A DNA stretch of 64,000 bases from Carcharhinus amblyrhynchos (taxonomy: Eukaryota): assembly GCA_965287045.1 (NCBI GenBank), contig OZ336881.1, forward strand, positions 46,252,001 to 46,316,000. Direction: 5' to 3'. The translations under genes and the position numbers were made by a program. Shown here in pieces: positions 1 to 12,716 of the stretch. The number at the start of each line of letters is the position of its first letter. Positions within the stretch are counted from its first letter, which is position 1. The notes under the pieces were generated by a model. That model worked only from the letters and a program-made list of their open reading frames with translations. It was not told where the DNA came from and did not search any database.

Positions 1-1165
1 TCCAGGTAAACAATGTCGATGGATTTCCTTCATCCACTACCAGCCTAACGTCCTCAAAAAACTCTATAAAGATTTGGTAAGCGCAACTTACTTTCTTTTC
101 AGGAGCTGTGTTGTCACTGTCCAATGGTCCCTTCCTATACCCACTGATCACAAAGTTGTCTCTTACAGTCCTTTCTCACAAGTCCCCAGTAATGAATCCC
201 CAGTTAAAAAAAAATGAAAATAGAAATTATGTGTGCTGGATGGGGAGACAGTGAAGTGGTGATAATGTCATTGGACTTGTAAACCAGACACTATGGCTAC
301 AGCTCTGGGGAAACAGATTCAAATCCCACCATAGCAGCAGATAAAATACAAATTCAATAAATAAAAATCTGGAATTTAAAGCTATTCTCAGGAATGGTGA
401 GCATTAAGTTATCACCAATTGTTGTTAAAAACCCATCTAGTTTTCTACTGAACTCTCGGAGAGAAGATCTGTCATCCTTACCCAGACTGATCTACCTGTA
501 ACTCCAGACACACAGCAATGTGGTTGGATCCTAACTGGCTCTGAAGTGGCCTAGCAAGCCACTCAGTTCAAGGCCAATTAGGGAGAGATAACAAAATAAA
601 TGCTGGCTTTGGTAGTGGCACCCACATCTCATGAAACATTAAACAAATAAAAATAATCTAGCTGACGGGATCTGTCCCTGATACTCCTAAGCCAGTGATG
701 GTTTGGGCAAAGGGCTCACAGAGCACCAGTCCAGTCTTCTTAATTATCCTTGGATGGATAATATCTTGACCTGGAGTCCTATCAATTCTTAGCTTTTCCA
801 AGGTTATTACATTGCTCTTTATTTTAATCTTAGTAATGCTATTTCAATACCGATATAAAATTGTAACTTGGCAGCTCTGCTGTCATCCACGAATGGGTTT
901 GAATCTGCCCTACTATATGACTATGAATGAACTTCTGACTTCTGGAAAAGCTGCCATGTATACAGTCTGAGAAGAATTCTCCCAAACAGTTTCTAAAAGG
1001 GAGGATTCATCAGCTCCATTTGTCACTAGCAGGAATCCCAATGGCTCTCTCAATAGGACATTGAGACTAAAATGGGATTTCTGCAAAGGTGAAAACATTT
1101 CTGATTCACCTGGCTCGCTCCAGAGCAAATGGGAACCTGATGATTGTGCCAAAATGTTAATTCAA
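1..1165 (-). mobile_element. Old degraded CR1 LINE ORF2 fragment (endonuclease end to RT), interrupted by a SINE at 242-655
   Basis: Minus-strand remnants of CR1 motifs: LTNL.EFFEDV..VDEG..VDIVYLD near 1-90, SPG.D.IHPR..K near 735-780, and LLETVWEN (like FLECI.D.FL) near 970-1000. Many frameshifts. Confidence 0.7.
242..655 (+). mobile_element. SacSINE1-like DeuSINE (tRNA head, L2-type tail)
   Basis: tRNA-like head (..gattcaaatcccacc), body aaaacccatctagtt...actccagacacacagcaatgtggttg, and tail aaggccaattaggga...aataaatgctggc...cccacatctcatga. Matches the copy at 2645-2987. Confidence 0.8.
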
Positions 1166-1184
1166 CTGTCATTATCAGATTTGA

Positions 1185-2457
1185 AGCCCAATTCAGTGCC
1201 CCCCCCACCCCCTGCCCGCCACTAATCCACTTCCCTGGCAGGAGTGGCAACGGGCGGGTTTTGGTGCTGGTAATGACCAGTGTGGACTTGGCGTGTTGAA
1301 TCCTAAAGGGGTGTCAAAGAGGTAGAGGAAGTGCCCATGTGCCCTTTTGCTAGGCTACAGAGGGAGGGTCCCCCAACTGTCCTAGTGTTGGGTGTCTTCG
1401 GGCTGGAGGCAAGGGTTTTACCTCTGCATTCTTCCCCAGGATGGGGAGATAGTGGCTAAACTGCCCTTCTACCCTAGAAAACTTGATGATTACTTGTGGT
1501 ATGGTATTTTCAGGCATCTTGCTGATGAAAATGCGCATTCCTGTCTGTCAAGTGTGAGAGCTTTGAGGTGGCCTGGTCACTTTAATCTCCAGGCTCGCTG
1601 GACACATGGCAGGTTTCCAAATCCCAGCAGCATTCCATTCAGCAGAAGGGATTCCCCTTTCTCTCTTTCAGAAGCTGCAGGTGTACGGAGACCCCTTTCA
1701 ATTCCCCTAACTGATAGAAGTCAGTCACTTTCATGAGGGCAGATTCCCTTCTCTACAGCTGCTCACTCAGACCTATTCTTTTAACACATAATTTATTTCA
1801 AGTCTCTGAGCTTCGATAGAAAGCTCAAAGCCTTTGAAATCACTTCAAACTGTTTGAAAAGCTTTGTTTCCATTCAATTTCAGTGCAGTCCATTTAAATC
1901 TCCTCTGATTGACCTCTTAATGATTTTTAGACAGCATGCAATCAGCTTTGTTTGTTGATCCTTCCCTTCATGGTTGAATGTAACTCAAGTATCTGTTTCC
2001 CCCCCACCCCCCATTATTCCTAACTGCAGTGTTTATTCAAAAGAGGACCTGATAACACTTAACTGCTTTGAAGTTACCTGCAGCTGCTTGTGGCCCCTGC
2101 CAAATTGGCACTGCTAGAGGGCGCAACCCAGCCACTTCCGCCACCACTTCCCTGACCGCTTCAATGGCGTCTGAGCCTCCCCAGCATGGACATTACAACT
2201 GGCCTCAATTTGCGGAGACCAGTAGTCAAGTGCCCTGGGTTCCTGCTGTGTCCAAGAGTCGGAGAATTGCAGGAGCCAGGAGAACCTACCTCCAAATCAA
2301 CCCTGCATGTTTAATTTAAATCTTGTTCATTGCCTCACTGGATGTAAATCAGGGTGCAGGGTCCCAAAAAGGGGTTCTTGCTGGTGGACCCTCCCCCACA
2401 ATCCTCCAGCCCTAGTGCAATTTGCGCATGAGCACGTGGGGTCAGAGAATCGCGCCC
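1185..2457 (-). mobile_element. Degraded PIF/Harbinger-derived DNA transposon
   Basis: Ends in the TIR-like gagaatcgcgccc (2445-2457). Minus-strand traces resemble the HARBI1-type transposase N-terminus (LSEQ.C.RR, IKVT.A). No intact ORF. Confidence 0.45.
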
Positions 2458-2644
2458 ATCTTTTCCTCAGATTAAATGACTATTGTATGGCTGCTTTTGT
2501 CATTTTTAATTGCATATGATACTTTACCATGCCCCTGTTGTGAGTTAATAGGTATGTAGAATATACATATGCTATTGAATTTCTCTTTTTGTCCCTCTTC
2601 AATTACAAGGCTTTTGTTTTATCACATGACCTATTAACTAATAC

Positions 2645-2987
2645 AGGAGGCGATGGCCTAGTGGTCTTAGCATTAGACTATTCATCCAGAAACTCAGCTT
2701 ATGTGCTGAGCACCCGGGTTCGAATCCCCCATGGCAAATGATGGAAATTGAATTCAATATAAAAATATTTGGAATCTACTGATGACCATGAAACCATTGT
2801 CAATTGTTGGGAAAAACCCACCTGGTTCACTAATGTCCTTTAGGGAAAGAAATCTGCCATCGTTACCTGGCCTGGCCTACATGTGACTCCAGAGTCACAG
2901 CAACCATCCCTTGGGCAACTGGGGATGGGCAATAAAAGATGGCTGGCCAGCCAGCTATGCTCATGTCCCATGAATGAATAAAAAAAA
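2645..2987 (+). mobile_element. SacSINE1-like DeuSINE, near full length
   Basis: A-box tggcctagtgg and B-box ggttcgaatcc. Tail gggcaactggggatgggcaataaa...cccatgaatgaataaaaaaaa is shared with L2 3' ends. Confidence 0.85.
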
Positions 2988-4161
2988 CATTGGAACATTC
3001 ACTGCTTCAGGTGTTTATAATTGGTTTTAAATAGACCCCATTTATCCTGGAAACTCCATTGCCTGTTGAGTAGAGCTGCCCAGTAACTTTTACTGGATTT
3101 TCAGCTTTTTGTGTGAAGTTTATTGCTCTTGAAATCTGAGACTAGAATTAGATTAGCTGCAGCCTTGGACTTGCCAATAAGATTAAACCAGATAATATGA
3201 TATATTCCCCAACATGGAGGCTTTATTCAGTCCTAAGGTTACTGCTAAACAAAAGATATAGAATTATCCTTTATTATTTCACTAATGCTGTGGCGCACAT
3301 AAGGAAACAATCATTCACAAGGGATTTTCTTCAGATAAAGTAGAGAGACACAAAGATATCTTTTGGAGCAAAAAAAACGATCAATTTGTTTGGGTACAAT
3401 AATTTAAATCTATTGACTCTTTAAAAAATATTTAACTGTGAGTAAGAATCTTTTCTGAAACAACACAAGTGTTTCCAGTTTTAGGTTGACTCTTGTGTCT
3501 ATTGCAAAGGGCCAAATGAGATGGGTCGCACCAACTCACCAAAACTAGGCAGCTATCATCAATTAAGTGCACAGAACATTTGATGGTCTGGATAAAGCTC
3601 CATTGAAAAAAAATCAAAATGAGCAGAATAATTGATTTCACGAAATATGAATCAATAAGCATTGTTAACAATGTTGCAGAGCTCATTTATATTCTTTTAG
3701 TCTCCAATGTGAAGTCGTTCAAAGCAAAGTAAGATTGCTTTCCTACATGATCTGAAGAAGTTATTAGATTTCTGTAGCTTAATTAGATTAAAAAAAACAA
3801 TAAAATGATCCATTTAATTCTACTGGAAGAAGGGCTGACATTAATTCACAACATAAAATTCCCTTGTTGCTGAATTAATCTTCAGGTAACTTGCGCGTTT
3901 CTGATGATCATTCACATGTTATTATGTAGGTTTGATTTTGGGGCATGAGAAAAATTGATGAGCCAAAAGATACAGCCAAGTTAAGTGTCAGTTGTGTTTC
4001 CAAATATTTTTAATGCTGTAAAGGTTCTGGTTGAATTATACTAACGTGGGGTTTCTGTTGCTATATTCACATTCTTTGTTTCTGAAGTAGTGCAAAATTA
4101 GCAAATGTCCAAAAGTAATTATGCAACCTTATAATACATATACAAGGTGCTGACAGATGGA

Positions 4162-5230
4162 GGGATGATTCTCTGGCCCTCTTCATCATGGACACAAATC
4201 CCGTTAAGGGCAGAAACTTTCATAAAATGGCCGGAACAGGGTTTGCACCTGGGAGATCTCGGTGAGATCTTTCCTACACCCTGCCGGCATTATCATCAGG
4301 TTCACGCCACAATTGTCTGGGGAGAAACATACTGGGTTTCAATCAGAATCTAACAATTTGGCCAGAACTTTCCAGTTACTTGTGCCAGCAGGATCTTCTG
4401 GCCCCACCAATGGCTACCCATGGTGGATTTCCCGGCAGCATGTGTTGGAGTCAATAGGAAATCTCATTGACAGCAATGGGACTAGAAAATCTTGCCACTA
4501 GTCAATGGTGCACCACCTTCTGCTGCACAGAAGGATGCCATGGGGAAGTCAGAAAATCCTATCCTTTGCTATTTTCTGGAAAAATTCCACCCTGAATTCA
4601 GGCTGTTTTGGGTCGGGTAGGGAAGAAAATCTTAAGCTGTTTCCTGACCCAAACGTTCTGACAAACTGCCCATTTTTCACTGTAACAGAAGCCTAGAGGT
4701 GGGTGGATGACCAACAAGATCCATGAAGGCACATTGCAACTTTGAATCTTATAATAAAATTGTGAGCCTCATGTAGGCATAAAACCTTAGCTTCTGTTGG
4801 CCAAATTTCCTGAAACTTGAGGAATTGAGAAAAGCTCCTGGATCCAGGGATCTCCCTTAGCAACCTCCATGATCAGGGACACACTCAATGACTGCCCCCT
4901 TCAAGGCCATTAGCCTAATTCCCCATTTCTCGCACTTGCCAGGCCATGATCTCCCCACCATCACTGGCCCCAACCCCCAGGCTCCCTTTTCTCCCCCTCA
5001 AAAACCTTCTGACCTTTTCCCTGCTCAGGCCCCTGACCTCCTCTCATGGGATCAGCAACCACTCCCCTTCTGCACCCACATTGCCGCCCTCCCAAATCAT
5101 CTCATTATTACATGAGCCTCTGCTTTGATTTGCATTAAATCGCCAGAGTGGGGAAATCCCAAATTGTGGGATTCTCCTAACTTTCTGGCCAGGCTGCTCC
5201 CTCTGGGTCAGGTCAGGAAAAATTCTGCCC
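4162..5230. mobile_element. Cluster of Harbinger-type MITEs
   Basis: Terminal motifs gggatgattctc (4163), ggaaaaattccaccc (to 4592) and ggaaaaattctgccc (to 5230), the same GGG(C/T)NGAATTTT-type ends seen elsewhere in the window. Confidence 0.5.
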
Positions 5231-5574
5231 TGAAAAGCAGTCTATACTTGAAATGATAACAATAAGTGGACTCTTCTTCCCCCATCCCACACGCAGGCTG
5301 TGAGGTGGAGGGGAACTTTAGAATCAGGAGGAAAAACGGAAGATGGAGTGCTCATCATCATCTTGATTCTCCTAATTAAGTTAGGGGCAGGAACAGCTTC
5401 CCCACCCAGAGCCTAATTGAGGCTCTTAATTGGCACTAAGTGGGGAGGTTACCCAGTAAAAACTGGTGACCTTCCTGAAGTGACTCTTAATCAGGTACCC
5501 TGTGGCCCAGAGAGGACCCTTTCATCGGCAAGGGCTACCTCATATTGCTGTAGCTTTGGAGACACATGTCAGTC

Positions 5575-5752
5575 AGACCTAGTCAAAGTGGCAGATTTCC
5601 TTCCTGAAAAACATTAGTGAACCTGATGGGTTCCATGGTCATCAGTAGATTCTTAATTCCAGATTTGCTTTAATTGTCTGCTGTGGCAGGATTCGAACCT
5701 GGGTCCTCAGAACATTAGCTGAGTTTCTGGATTAATAGTGATGTAATGCCAC
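5575..5752 (-). mobile_element. Partial SacSINE1-like SINE
   Basis: Reverse complement of the 2645 copy: ggcagatttccttcctgaaaaacattagtgaacc...ggattcgaacctgggtcctcagaacattagctgagtttctgga. Confidence 0.75.
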
Positions 5753-6944
5753 TGAACAGAATACATATTTAGTGCAAAGGCAGTAACCGGGGTGCTGAGA
5801 ACAAAACTGAAATCTTATTTTAAACGTACATAATAGAAATTATCAAAAATAACACTGCACATATTTGATTCCGCCTCAAAGAAGCCTGCTTCTTGTCACA
5901 GATTCTGTTTTATGATTTTTTTTCTATTGATTACTTTTTATTCCCTCCTATGAGGCATGTCATATGAGTCAGCTCAATTTCTAGAACAATCAAAAACCCA
6001 GGCAAGCATTCATTGTCACAGAGTTGACACTCTTATGACTGTCAAATTGAAATGTCTAGCATTTTGATGAAGCCACTACTTGTAGCGATATAACGGTAGA
6101 AGAAAATAGCAGTTACCTTGGCTAGAAAAGCCAATTATCTTTCAAGCTTGATCTTAAACTAACAGAACATGCCACAACCATAACTTGCAACATATAACAA
6201 ATGCTGAAACTGTCTGGAAAGCAGTGGGCATGTTTCCCACTGATGACTGAAATGTTCAGTCCTATTAACCTACTGGCTCCACTTTAACATATAATTTGGG
6301 TTTAATACTCAAGCCACTGGGGAAAGCGATTACAAAGCAAAAATGAACTTGTTCCTCTTCCCATTTTCTGAAAAAATATTTGTATCCATTCATCTTTTCA
6401 TCAATTTAGTTGTGTAAAATAAACTGGGTCTGCGATTGAAATAGAAATGAATCTTAATATTATTAGAAATGGGATCCTGGAATGCAGTCCTTCTATGATA
6501 GCTTACTTTATATTTAAGCCATCATATCTAATCCTATTAAACTATCGATATTTGCCATCCAGCAAATCTTCTTTGATGAAAATGAAACTATTTTCTTCAT
6601 ATGTCAGCTACTCTCCATTAAACTGGTCTTCTTTAATGAATCCTTTGTGTTTCTGATAAAAATACATTTATTCATTCTCTGAGGAATTATTTTGTTTGGT
6701 TTCATAATACAATGAAAGTGACCTGTGGGATATGATGATTCTATGTCAATTGGAGTCTGTGCCAACATTGCATGTTTCATTGTACCGCAACACTACATTA
6801 AGGAATTCAATCATTACAGGAGCAACTAATAGCACTAAATTAAAAAATAAACATAATTAGTGTACAGACACTGTTCAGAAAATTAAAAAAAAGTTAATGC
6901 AGATATGTTGAAAATGAATTGCAAGTGCCGTTTCTCTAAAATGT

Positions 6945-7082
6945 AGGCTAGAATTCTCTGACCTCACCCATGGCTTGGATTATCTGGTCCCGCTGCTGTG
7001 AACGGAGATTTGGCTGAGCGACAAATTCTCCATTCTTCCTGGCAGCAGTAGCGAGGCTTGTGAGACTGGAGAATTCCTCCCG
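6945..7082. mobile_element. Short MITE (Harbinger-type ends)
   Basis: ggctagaattctc...ggagaattcctccc ends. The internal gtgaacggagatttggctgag is the reverse complement of the core of the MITE at 22445-22850. Confidence 0.65.
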
Positions 7083-7239
7083 AGATCACAAAATAGCAGA
7101 AGTACATTTATCTCACAGCCACTTGAAAGTGAGAGGTAAGTTAACACTTAACATTCTCTATCTGAAACATTTAGGTTTCTCTTCCGTCAGATGCAGATTG
7201 ACATACAGAGCGGCATTTACTGGAGCCTATATGAGCACA

Positions 7240-7690
7240 AAACTTGGAGATTGAAGTGCTTGTGTCCTCAAACGGTAGCACCTCAAGGCACTGGCATGTT
7301 TGGGAGGTCGTGTCCAAAGCAAGCCAGGCTCAGGCCTGCAGGGCAGAGTCCATCTTTGCAGTGGTCTCATCCTGTGTGCCCAAGGGAGGCAGCTGCATGA
7401 TACATGGCAGGGCAACAGTCAGGGAAGTGACCCTGAATTTGAAACACAGCAGGTCTAATTGAAGGGGAGAGAATACAAGTTGTGTCTGAGAGTGGGTTGA
7501 GGGAAATTGAAAGCAGGTGAAGGATGATGGAGACAGGATCAATGCTGCTGGCAGGAAGGGTGAGGATGAGAGATGGAAATTTGAGATTATGTTGGTTCAA
7601 GGGCAATGGTTTAATATTCCAGAATGATTGGTGGAGAGAACAAGATAATGTTGGAAAGGTCAAGAAAGATGGAAGGAAGCTCAAGGGTGG
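7240..7690 (-). mobile_element. Degraded L2-like LINE ORF2 fragment
   Basis: C/T-rich minus strand resembling the L2 endonuclease-RT linker. Heavily mutated, so this is a recall-based call. Confidence 0.4.
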
Positions 7691-8917
7691 TGGATTGCAT
7701 GCAGGATACGTGCCCACTGCATGCACTTTAAATTTGCTTTATGATCACCAACATCATGATTCCCAACATGAAAGCGGAAGTGGTGTCCACTTCCTGTCTT
7801 GCCATTGGGATTTGCATTCTTATTAAATTCTCACCATTGTATTATTCCAATATTATTTGAATGCTTAACTTGTTTAATTTGTCGACATTTCATTGACTTG
7901 AATAGTCTGCAGCCATGCAACAAAAGCTGTGGGATAAAGTGTGACATGAAAGTTATAAGAGGCTCAATGGGAAACATTGTTAACTGCACTCTATCAACAA
8001 TTAACTGTACCACATCTATTGCACACACATGCGATGTCACTAGAGAAGACCAAACCCCTGACGTTTGTTATGCTTAAGGGTATCTTCATAACAGACCTCA
8101 ATTATAAAATAAAGGCAAATTCAATATAGGGATATTAATTAATTAAGTGAACTCAGTTGCTTCTGGGGCTACACAAGAGATCCTTCTAAATTCAAGGTAG
8201 CTTGATTAATTGATCTCTTGTATAGTACTCCATGCATACATTTTATCAAGGAGGAATTGGGAAATGCTACAATTGCAATTTATCTGGATCTGAAAGCTCT
8301 CGAAAAACAACTGTTTCACTGAAACTAACAGTAATGTCCATGATTATGAATATGCTTCTACAATAATGTGAATACCTTGTCCTTATCATGACCCAATTCT
8401 GAATTTGTTTGCATGAGCCTCCCTGCTCTTGACATTAGCCCCAAACCTCTAAATAGCAGTTTCCACAAATATCAGAACAGCTGTGGAGTGAGGTACTGGC
8501 TTCATTGTAGTAAATTATTGTAGGAGGAAATTGAGAGACATTACACTCAGTTGGAATGCAAGTACTCCCATGTATCATTGCAGTCTTAAATTATTATCCC
8601 AGCATACTAACAATTAACCTGTTATCTCTCATGTACTCCTTGTAGGGACCCTTATACAATACCTTGGTCCCAAACCCTGTTGTTTTACGAGGGAGTATTG
8701 CTATCAAAAGAATAGTTTTCAGGCCTTGAAACTAACACATCAGAGTTGCCATAAAAAGACATTCGATGCTTAAAAGTGTGCATTACCCTGTAGATTGAAA
8801 ATACTTTGAGTTCACACAATGGAACCCTTAACAAGAGTACCTGAGGAATCATCCGGATAAAAAAAAACTGGGAATGTATAGAATAACGATCAATAGATCG
8901 AAGATAAGTTCAAGTAT

Positions 8918-10535
8918 TAACATAGAAACATAGAAGATAGGAGCAGGTGGAGGACATTTGGCCCTTCAAGCCTGCTCTGCCATTCATTACAATCATGGCT
9001 AATCATCCAATTCAATAGACTAATCCTGCTTTTTCCCCATAACCTTTGATCCCATTTGCCCCAAGTATAATATCCAGCCACCTCTTGAATAAATTCAATG
9101 TTTTGGTATTGTCTACTTCCTTGGTAATGAATTCGACAGGCTCACCCCTCTTTGGGTGAAAAAATGTCTCCTCACCTCCATTCTAAATGATCTACCCTGA
9201 ATCTTCAGACTTTGACCCCTGGTTCTGGAAGCTCCCACCAATGGGAATATCTTCCCTGCATCTACCCTGTCTAGTCTGTTAGAATTTTATAAGTCTCAAT
9301 GAGATTCCCCTTCATTCATTTGAACACCAGTGAAAACAATTCTAACACCACCACCTGCAATTCCCCTCCAAGCCACTCACTATCCTAACTTGGAAATATA
9401 TGGCCACTCCTTCGCAGTCGCTGGGTCAAAAATCCTGGAACTCCCTCTCGAACAGCATTGTGGGTCAACCCATGGAACATGGATTGCAGCAATTCAAGAA
9501 AGCAGCTCATCATCAGCTTCTCAAGGGCAACTAGGGATGAGCAATAAAATGCTGGCGTGATGGCCATATCCCAGGAATGAATTTTAAAAAACCTAGTCAA
9601 TCTCTGCTCATACATCAGTCCCACATCCCCAGAATCATCCTGGCAAACCATTGCTGCATTCCCTTGAGAGCAAGAACTTTCTACCTCAGAAAAAGAGACC
9701 AAAACTGCACACAGTACTCAAGATGTGGCCTCACCAAGGCCCTGTATAATTGCAAAAACACATCCTTGCTCCTATACTCGAATCCTCTCGTAATGAAGGC
9801 CAATGTGCCATTTGCCTTCTTTACTGCCTGCTGCACCTGCATGCTTACCTTCAGTAATTGGTGCACAAGGACACCCAGGTCCCAAGGCACATTCCCCTCC
9901 CCCAATTTACAATCATTCAGGTAGTAACCTGCCTTCTTGTTTTTGCTTCCAAAGTGAATAACCTCACACTTATCCAAATTATACTGCATCTGCCATTGAT
10001 TAGCCCACTCACCCAACCTGTCCAGGTCATTATGAAGAATCTTTGCATCCTCGTCATGGTTCACCCAACTTGGTATCATCTGTAACATCTTTGTGATGTT
10101 ACGTTTTATTCCCTCATCCAAACCATTAATATATATTGTGAATAGCTGGGTCCCAGCTCCAAGCCCTGTGGCACTTCACTAGTCACTGCCTGCCAATTTG
10201 AAAAACACTCAGCAATTCCTACTCTTTGTTTCCTCTCTGCCAACCAATTTTCTACCCATCTCAATACTCTTCCTCCAATGCCATGCGCTTTAATCTTGCA
10301 CAATAACCTCTTGTGCGGGACTTTGTCAAACAGTTTCTGAAAGTCCAAATACACCACATCAACTGACTCCCCCTTTTCAACTCTACTAGTTAGATCTTCA
10401 AAGAATTCCAGCAGATTTGTCAAGCATGTGTTTCCCTTCATAAATCCATGCTGATTCTTTCCGACCTGCCACTGCTTTCTAAATGCTCTAGTATAAAGTC
10501 CTTGAGAATGGATTTGAGAATTTTCTCCACTACTA
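8918..10535 (-). mobile_element. 5'-truncated CR1 (HER1-like) LINE, frameshifted RT
   Basis: ORF track 10106-10441 (CLTNLLEFFED..VDVVYLDFQK.FDKVPH) and 9681-10121 (DLDRLGEWANQWQM..KCEVIHFG..LVRPHLEYCVQFWS). 3' microsatellite tail catagaaacatagaa at about 8921. Confidence 0.95.
9345..9590 (+). mobile_element. L2-type LINE 3' end inserted into the CR1
   Basis: caccacctgcaattcccctccaagccactcac...gggtcaaaatcctggaactccct...ttctcaagggcaactagggatg...aatgaattttaaaaa. CR1 sequence resumes on both sides. Confidence 0.8.
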
Positions 10536-10734
10536 TTAGATGTGACTCTTCATTATAATTGCCCAAAGTTTATAATGATTGTTTCATTAGCTTGTGTAAT
10601 CTTTTAATAATTTACTGTTGAGGTGAAGCCAATTGAATCACAAGTTACAACTTAAAAAAATTTCTGTAATTAAAAATAAAACATGAATTAGTAAAATCAA
10701 AATAATGCACTGGCAGCAATAAAAGTGAATACAT

Positions 10735-11083
10735 GGTAGCGGCACGGTAGCACAGTGGTTAGCACTGCTGCTTCACAGCTCCAGGGACCTGGACTCAATT
10801 CCCGGCTCGGGTCACTATCTGTGTGAAGTTTGCACAGTCTCCTCGTGTCTGCGTGGGTTTCCTCTGGGTACACTGGTTTCCTCCCACAGTCCAAAGATGT
10901 GTGGGTTAGGTTGATTGTCCATGCTAAGAAATTGCCCTTTAGTGTCCTGGGATGCATAGGTTAGAGGGATTAGTGAGTATAATATGTAGGGATATGGGGT
11001 AGGGACTGGGTGGGATTGTGTTCGGTGCAGACTCAAAGGGCCGAAGGGCCTCTTTCTGCACTGTAGGGTATCTATGATCTCTA
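10735..11083 (+). mobile_element. HE1 SINE (V-SINE), full length, CR1/HER1-type tail
   Basis: gcggcacggtagcacagtggttagcactgctgcttcacagc head, V-domain gtgtctgcgtgggtttcctc, and tail gggccgaagggcctctttctgcactgtagggtatctatga. Confidence 0.92.
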
Positions 11084-11154
11084 AATATCACAAGAGCCTT
11101 CTGGAAAATGGAAAGAAAAAGTTCTTTGTTTGCAATAGTGTCAAACTGACTGCT

Positions 11155-12410
11155 GAATTCTCTCATCTGGGGATTAAATGCCATGGTGGGGGTGGGAATG
11201 TGGAGTGTTTCCTGCTGTGCAAGCCAATGGGAAACCATGCCAAGTCTTCCAGCTCTGACCTTATTAATGATGCAACTGGATGTTTTGTGCCATTTTCTGT
11301 GATAGCAGACCTGAATGTGCATAGTCTGCAGTCCTAACATATTGAAAAGGCACCCACCATCACTGACCCGCTATTAAAGAAAGAATGATCCACCTGAAAA
11401 TTGTGGATCTCTGCCATCAGTCCTGAGGCTGTAAGATGGACCTCCCGAGAAAGATGATGGATGTTCGGGAACATTCTGAGGCTGGAAGATGGATCCCTTC
11501 CTAGTCATCAAATCTGGAAGATCCACCTTTAGATGCTCCCCCGCCCGCTGTTGTGGGGGTCCCGGGTTGATGACACCCTCCATCCTGAACTCTGGAAGCA
11601 GCCCCAGGCATTGTTCAGGTGAATCTAGACATCAGCATGCCACGTTGTTCCAAATATGTTTTGCACTGGTGTGTCATCCTGCTGGCACTGTGGAGAATCT
11701 GGCATAGGTGGTCAGACCTTCACTTGCTTCCTATTAGTGGGATGCAAATGAGTTTCATACCAGCCTCTAGCGGGTTTCTTGATCCACAATTGCGGGCATC
11801 AATGGAAGATCCCATTGTAAGCTCACACCAGCGTAATACTGATTTTTGAACATGCTTCTGAAGTTGTCCCCCCTGCCAACCATTTAATCACTCGATGGGT
11901 GCAGGGGAGAATTCAACCCTGAGTGTCTATTTTAGCACTTAGAACAATTCCATTGCGAGACTCTAGGTACTTGTCCATCTTCTGGGCTATAATTATCTAG
12001 TTAAGTAATGGTCAGGAAAAGAGCCTGTGGCCTGTACACATTGGGGCACTCCACCAGGATGACATCTCACTTTGTACTTCCCCACTTTGCTGCCCCCAAC
12101 CCATATTTCCAGCCCCCTTGTCCCATCCTTTGTCTGTCCCATCCTTCCCTCCCAAAAGCCTAGGACTTACCTGAGCCTGGGATCCATTGCTCTTCTTCAT
12201 GGGATTTACTTGCAATACTGGCAGAATCCACCACTGAGTTCTGGCCAGCATCCCTTGAGGGTAGGGCTTCCCCCCCCGCTGAGAATTGTAAGTTCCACTC
12301 TGCTTGTTTAGGCCTCCCTTCAACATGCCATTTCTGCAGTGTGGCCCTTTTTTACGTGTGTTGCTTGAAATGCAGGAACAAACAACACATCCTCATAAAA
12401 TTCAGCCCCA
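11155..12410. mobile_element. Degraded Harbinger-type non-autonomous elements
   Basis: GC-richer block with TIR-like ends ggagaattcaaccc (about 11920) and aaaattcagcccc (about 12409). Confidence 0.4.
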
Positions 12411-12580
12411 TATGTTTTTATTTAACGTACAATATATTTCTGTTGATAAGGCTAATGCTGCAACATCATGTAGATTTTCCCCAAATTTTATGACAACTTC
12501 TCAAAACTTCTAAATTTTCCATTGAATCCTATGGTGCCCAACTCAGACATCTGCGCACTTTTTCTCTGATATGATTAGAA

Positions 12581-12716
12581 AAATGGGTTTTCGCAGGTGT
12601 TCGTGAACGTTACATTCAAGAAATACTATTTTTTTGTCCAATTTCAATTTGTGGTTATTTCCTTGACACTTTAATAATCTCACAAGGCTGCTTCCAATGA
12701 AGTTCTTTCAATAGCT
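12581..12716 (+). repeat. Copy 1 of a 136-bp direct duplication (partner 13991-14126)
   Basis: Ungapped manual alignment at offset 1410, 9 mismatches. Confidence 0.95.

Noticed and set aside
10697-11340. Several 70-130 aa ORFs that recur with similar peptides elsewhere
   Set aside because: Spurious translations of HE1/V-SINE copies.
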